A DNA stretch of 64,000 nucleotides from the human T2T-CHM13v2.0 reference genome, Homo sapiens, in assembly GCF_009914755.1 (NCBI RefSeq), contig NC_060928.1; one strand, given 5' to 3'. Made by a program: the position numbers and the translations under genes. Of the stretch, positions 57,441 to 64,000 are shown piece by piece. The notes under the pieces were generated by a model that ran no database searches, had not been told where the DNA came from, and saw nothing but the letters and a program-made list of their open reading frames with translations. Within the stretch, counting starts at the first letter, position 1. Each line of letters opens with the position of its first letter.

Positions 57441-59837
57441 TCCCGCCCTCCTCCACACCGCTTGTCGCAGTCAGGGAGCTCTATTCTCTCCATCTTCCCT
57501 GCACTGGTCAAAACTGCAGATGTTTTCCATCAGCATAGTGTATCTTGCTAAACACTGCTAGATTGCAAGAAATAATCGAATAGACTAATTTATTCTAGTT
57601 TAAGGTTAGATCTTTCCAGGGGTGTTTGCATTAAAATAAGGGATCCTAAAAATAAAAATTTCTTAACCACTGAGGAGAAGTGACAACAATAGAATGTGAA
57701 GCACTGAGGGAGGTCTGGAGCAGGGATGTTTTTGAATAAAGGCAATTACTTAAGTAAAACTCAACTTTGGTGGTGGTGTTGCTATTTGAAAATGAGTTGA
57801 AAATGATCCTCTCCCTACTCTCAAACTATACACTTCTCTGTGATTATTAATTACGTTTGTCAAGGTATTTATTTTTTAAGTGATTTTTTCATTTAGCCCT
57901 TTTTTGTGTGAGTCACATTTACATAAACCATCTCCTAAACCAAGTCAGGACAGCCCTGAAAGATGAAAAAATAGAGTGTAAAGTGACTTAAACAGAGCTA
58001 GTGAGTGGCTTTAACCTGAGTCCAACTGAGGCCAAGTTTAGTTTTCTCTCCTAGGGGAAACTAAAACAAACTTTTTAATTCAGTAAGGAAATCTAACAGG
58101 GATTCCTGCTATGGTGCTTGCATCATAGCTTCATTTCAGAAGCAGCCCTGGAGAATTTTGAATCATTGTAAGACATTGACTTCAGAGGGAAGTCGATGGA
58201 GGGAAGTATTTATGGAGTTTGGGATACGTATATCAATTCATAGGGATGATGTGTTGTGTTTTTAGTTGCAAAGTGAACTGTGTTTACATACCTGGGTAAC
58301 AAAGATTACAGTTTTCTGCTTCCTTCACCTCATAGATTTTTTGCATCAAGATGGCAATAGTGTGAAAAGCCAATCACTTGGAAATTGTTTCAAGCCACAT
58401 TGTAGAGATTAGAAAGAGAGTTGTTACTGGCCTTTTATTTCTCTTTTCATTTCTGAATGTGGGCACCTCTCAAAATAGAGGCAAAAAACAAAGGATCTTA
58501 TTTATTTTTCCCTCTTTAAAAATTATTTTGCATCCTTATTTTGAAAAATCAGCATGTTTGATGGCAATATCTACACGTTTTAGAGTCCTCCCGTATGTTA
58601 CAAGTGACATATAAATAGCAGTGGGTAAGCTCTTCCACAGCAATTCCATTAACTGTTCATGTGGACACTGACCTTGTTCAGATTTACTTTCATAAGTACA
58701 ATCTGCAGTAATGATTTTAACATGCTAACAATACTGAGTCTCATCTCAGTGAGCTTGCCTGCCTTCTCACTGTTCAACGCACAGGCGCTTTTTCCTTTTT
58801 TTCTCTTCTTTTACTCTTCTTTTGACATACTTTTTGGTTCAGATACGTGTTCACATCTCTCTGATAAGCACACTTTGATTTGCAGCTAATTGTAGCAACT
58901 GATTTTCATTATTTATGAGTGTCATTGTCGGAATCCATTTGGAAGTCTGACCGAGATAAAGCTGATTCCAACTTCTGATATGACCACAGCAATAAAGCAA
59001 TTAACCACACTAGTTAAAATGTGTGGCAGCCTGGAGGGTGCTAATATCTTTACAACCCAATATTTACTACATTGTCCATTAGGTTTGATTTATTTCCGAG
59101 AAGATTCAACATGGTATCATTTTATCACAAATAATTTATAATACCCTCTTTCAAAAAATATAATGTATGTTTCTCATATCAACCTATTAGCATTAAAATG
59201 TTCACAGATTTAAGAGGTAGAAGTAGGGAAATCAAAACTATGAGTAATATAAATGCTTAATATACTTAAAAGGTTTGGTTATGAGATAGCAGCATTTAAA
59301 TCAGTCTTTGTAGGTTACTATTCTTTACCTATATTTTGATTCTGATTGGCACCTAAATCTCACACTCTACCATGTCAACTAGAGACAAGAAATAGAAAAG
59401 CTTTATGTATGCATGACAAGCAAACATTTTTCTCACTCTTCTCATCCATAGTAGTATAAAACGTGAAATTTCCAGAATAAATACAGGATTGGAAAAGTCA
59501 TTAATAACAGCAGTCATTTTAAAGTGTCACCTAATTTAAACACTTTTGCTTTAAGTTATTGCAGTGTCATGAGTTTTATTATGCTCAATTTATTAGTAAA
59601 GGCCTGCAGAGTTCACAGCCATTTATTTTTCAGGGAACTTGATTTTATCATTAATTTTTAAATACGTAATACTCCCACTTTATTTTTAGAGTGCACTTTA
59701 TTTGCAAAGATTGGTTTACTCTGATCAATACAGATGTTTTCAGGTGTGTAGTAAAGCAAAAAGCCTAGAAAGTCAAAAATGTACAAAATATGCAGCAAAT
59801 TTTTTAGACGTTATACTCCAACATTTAATGTGTATAT

Positions 59838-59907
59838 ACACCCACCCCACACACACACATATATACATACATACATACATACATACATACATACATACAT
59901 ACATACA
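59838..59907. repeat. Compound microsatellite (CA)n + (TACA)11
   Basis: Perfect (TACA)11 at 59864-59907, preceded by CA units. Confidence 0.95.
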
Positions 59908-60447
59908 AAATACTACGTGTTATGTTGATTGCTAAGTCAAGGCGGAAAAATATAAGAAGAATGACCAAGCTCCTGTTTCTACTGTTTGAGTAACTTATTC
60001 TTGAAGGGAAACTTTTCTCTTCCAAAGGAGTGACATCTGGGTGGGAAAATTTTATTGTTGGGGACTCGAGCCAGGACACAGAAAATAATTCTGACAATTT
60101 CCATTGCCTCACAAGTCTGCTAAACAAAATTCTAACATTGCACTAATCCTTTCTCTGGGTTGAGTTCTCATGGTTGGGGCCACTTTACTTGCCCATCTCT
60201 CTGGAGGTACTTATGGGCTTAAAGAGTTGACAAAGGAGCTCTAAGTTGGGGCCCCGCCCTCCTCCCATAATTGCGCCCACTTGATCCTATGCCGTGTGAC
60301 GCTACTGTAAACGCCTGGTGCTGATCGCTGAAAAGCCTAAATGTTTGAGTGTTTATTTCTGAAAGACATTCTTAAAAAAAAAAAAAGAAAAGAAACTAAC
60401 ACTGAACATATACTCACTAGTTGTTATCTTTTTTTCCCCCTAATTAG

Positions 60448-60726
60448 GACAGAATTTTACCCTAAGGCAGTTAGGAGTTTGTGAACCAGCAACTCGAAGA
60501 GGACTGGCATTTTGTGCGGAAATGGGGCTCCCTCACAGAGGTTACTCTATCAGTGCAGGGTCAGATGCTGATACTGAAAATGAAGCAGTGATGTCCCCAG
60601 AGCATGCCATGAGACTTTGGGGCAGGGGGGTCAAATCAGGCCGCAGCTCCTGCCTGTCAAGTCGGTCCAACTCAGCCCTCACCCTGACAGATACGGAGCA
60701 CGAAAACAAGTCCGACAGTGAGAATG
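60448..60726 (+). CDS. TENM3: Teneurin-3 second coding exon (279 nt, phase 1-1)
   Basis: Polypyrimidine tract plus taattAG acceptor. Continues the frame as [93 protein letters not shown]. Consensus donor ATG|GTAAGT. Confidence 0.97.
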
Positions 60727-63700
60727 GTAAGTTTCCTTTTTGGCTTTATAATGTTGGCATTCAGTGCTTCTGTCTGTTTTGGTTGACTCCGCGGGGGGGG
60801 GGATGTTTTTCTTTCTCTCTTTCCTCTCATCCTTCTTTCTCTCTCTTTCTTGTCCATTTCTTTTTGTTTTAATGTAGTAGAACTCAAGAAATGTCCTTGA
60901 ATAATGCATTTTTTCCTGGAAAAAAAAATCAATATTTGACATCAGATTGTTAAATTAGGCAAGCAGTCTACAATGTTTTGGCTATAGTTTTGAAAAACAG
61001 GTTAATCATCTACAGAAAAAAAAAATAGCTTTGACTTCTCTTGGACCATGTCACCTGTTGTCTTCTGTGGGGTGGCAAAGCACGTGTTGATAAAGTTTAC
61101 CCCAGAGCCGTCTTGCAATCAAAGATGTCTTTGTAGATTCCTCTTGAAGATATCTCAAAGAAGTTGCAAAATCTTAGAATGGATGAGTGAGCACGCAGAA
61201 TAGTTTATTAACAGGGCTCTAGTGATTGAAGAACAAATATGATCATGCTTTAAACTTAAGAGTTGATGAGAGCAATTGAAATCTTGGTAAAGAGGGGGAG
61301 TGTGGCCTTTAATGTTCTTTGGGGACTGGATTACTAAGCAATTAAATCCACACACAAAAATTGGATTTTAGGATATCCAAATAGCAGCTTTTTGTATATT
61401 GTAAGAAAAAAAGTCTTTATAAATTATTGGGACTTTTTTTTCCTATTGCCAATGCGGGATGATTTTTTAAAAGTTAATTTATATGCAATAATACATTTTA
61501 AAGAAAACTTAATTTTTAGTCAGTGCTGCTTCTAGGAAGAATTGGGGCATCAGCAGCAATGCAGCAAACAAAAAATTCTCCTTCCGCTTTTAATATTAAC
61601 AGTGCACTTGCTATTTCAGTCTAGTTATTAATGCTATGCATATCCTATGCATCAAAAAGCAAAGAGAAAATTAAAATGAAAGAATTGCATGACATTTGAA
61701 AAGAAAAATGGTTGTTTTATCAATGATATTTCAATTTTATTATTTATTGGGTGACTTTGTCAGCTTTGCTTTGTAATAGGAAAGCGGATCTATTGTTAGC
61801 TTTCAGTTTCAGCTAAGTCACAGTGTGAAGCAGCACCTAAGGCTTATTAGTTATTTTCTTTCTATTCATGAAAAAAGGTCTAATTTAAACCAATGCAATC
61901 AATTTCTTATCTTAAGTAGAATATCTTAGTGCATTAAACCAAAGTCAAGATCAAATAATAGCTATATACTCAATATCTTCATTTGGAAGTTTCAGTTCTT
62001 GGTGGAGGCTGGCTTTATTCCAATTCAAAAGAAGAAACAAGGACAGTTATTTTGATAAAATGAGCCTCAGAATCAGGATGCCAACATTTCTCTCAGTTAA
62101 TCCATTCACCTCAGTAAATCCTGTGTTTCTATCCATTTTCATAGTGGATTCAGAAGTCACTAACCTTAAATACGTATGATTTGGAATAAATATTGCTTCC
62201 TGTCCAGCTGTACATCACATAGCACTCCTTGAGCAATGGCAGGTACCATGGTCATATTCAAAGGTAGCACCCAGCATTTAATTTTCTTAAAATACACAAT
62301 AAAATCTTTGACGTTATAGAAGACTAGAATGCAGCAGGATAATGTGATCAGTTCTGATTATCTGCATCATAGATCATCCACATCCATAGCTATCAAATAT
62401 GTTTTAACATTGGGTCAGTGTGCACTTTCCAACCAAACCTTCTATGGCATCTCATCCTTTCTCTCTAATAACAAAGGTGTCTTGTTATGGTATCTGTATT
62501 GGTAAAATATAAATTAATTTTATGATTTTTAAAATTATACATCTGCTAAAAGGATCTCATGGTGGATCCCCAAACATATGTATTTTTTTTTCTTTTTGGA
62601 AAATATAAACTTTGTAACCTTTAGTTAACGACATATAATATCCAAATGTTAGGGAGAAGGGAAGGAAGACTTGTGAGTTTCTCATACCACTGCCCTCACC
62701 ATTCGCATGGATTAATATTAACTAGAGGAGGAAATTGTTTCCCCAGGAATCTTGTAGACCTTGTTCTTAGAGTGATGTAAAGGCAAGAAAAGTTGCACTC
62801 TTTAATTTCTCCAAGTAGTGGCTAGGAAGCAGAATGAAGAGAGACAGGGAGAGTGTCAAGGGCCTTGCCTTGAAATTCAGAACATTTGGCAGCATTTGTT
62901 GAGAGTAAATAGGTCAGCCAAGTTAAGAGTATAAAGTGTCAAAAGCAATGTTTGTTGAGCTGGGCAACATGATGACTTAAACTTGTGTTTACTCTTTTTC
63001 CGAAGGTTTGGTTGTGGTTGTACTTTTAAACAACGTTTTGATGGTCTAAGAATTCCAAATGAGAGCAGTTTAAAGAAAGAAACAAAAGAGGAAATAAAAT
63101 AGATACGTTGTCTTAATGAATACTGGCTATTGCATATATTTCAAACATATGTCCATAGGAACTTTTCAGATTAATTTATTTGTTCTGAAATTTCAGCGAT
63201 TACTTAGAAGGAACAAGATTTCATTTAATGTAATTAATTACATTAAGATATAGGGAAGCATAATTTTCTGAAGTATTTAGCAGACCTTATAATTTTGAAT
63301 TGTGGAATTAAACAATAGCACTGAGGATTTTTTTCCTGATATTAAAAAATTATGTGTCTTTCCCTTAAGCTGGGTTATAGTAAGAAGTGAAATTTGCAGT
63401 CATACATAGGTTCTTCTAACAACTTTATAAATAATCGTCTCAAAACTAATTCACATTTTTACCTATATTACTACTTTTAGTCAAGTAATTCTAATATAAA
63501 GTTAACAAAAATAATTCAATTCTACTATCTTCAGGTGTTTTTAATTGCTCTAACTTAAAAAGCTATAGATTTTCTGGTTATATTTTCTTTTGACTCTTCA
63601 ATTCTTTTCATTTTCTCTTTTATTCATTTTTATACTAGCTTGAGATGTGTTCTTGGAAGTTCTATTGTATCACTAAAGGTTGAAAAGAGAAGGAGATGGA

Positions 63701-64000
63701 TGAAATAACTCACCAAAAGGAAACGAATTTAAGAGCCAGATGCTGATGTGTTTTCATCTGGTTTAACATGAGAGCTTGCCTTGACTGTTTTCTTCATTTG
63801 AAATAACTGTGAATGAGGCTGTTTTTCCCAGAAAAAAAAAAAATGTTATTCAACATTGTAAAATTATGCAAGCAGAGTGCCTGATGTTCTAGCTACAACT
63901 TCAAAGAAGAATTTAGTCACTAAAAGGGATTAGATTCCATTTATTTATTGATAAAGAGGCCAACAGTTCAAGTTAAGAAGGTGCTAGAACTGCTTTGAGG

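Overview
Primate (almost certainly human) genomic DNA from the 5' part of TENM3 (teneurin-3/ODZ3), + strand. Only two exons are supported. The ATG-containing exon spans 37757-38063 (75 nt 5'UTR + 232 nt [12 protein letters not shown]...FTRQ) and the next coding exon spans 60448-60726 (279 nt, ...QNFTLRQLG...SDSEN). Together they encode the first 170 aa of the intracellular domain. The rest is intron: about 28 Alu-family elements (all before position 49.4 kb), old L1, L2 and MIR fragments, an ERV1 solo LTR, an MLT1 LTR, MER20/MER58A DNA transposons and simple repeats. Almost all ORF-track entries are repeat or chance ORFs. I see no prokaryote-type or clearly novel gene system. The best leads are regulatory: three uORFs packed against the start codon, a predicted AUG-containing circRNA with a defined junction peptide, an in-frame intron read-through isoform of the intracellular domain, homeodomain-site clusters, and a chimeric Alu tandem duplication. 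Repeat subfamily calls and boundaries are by eye and approximate.
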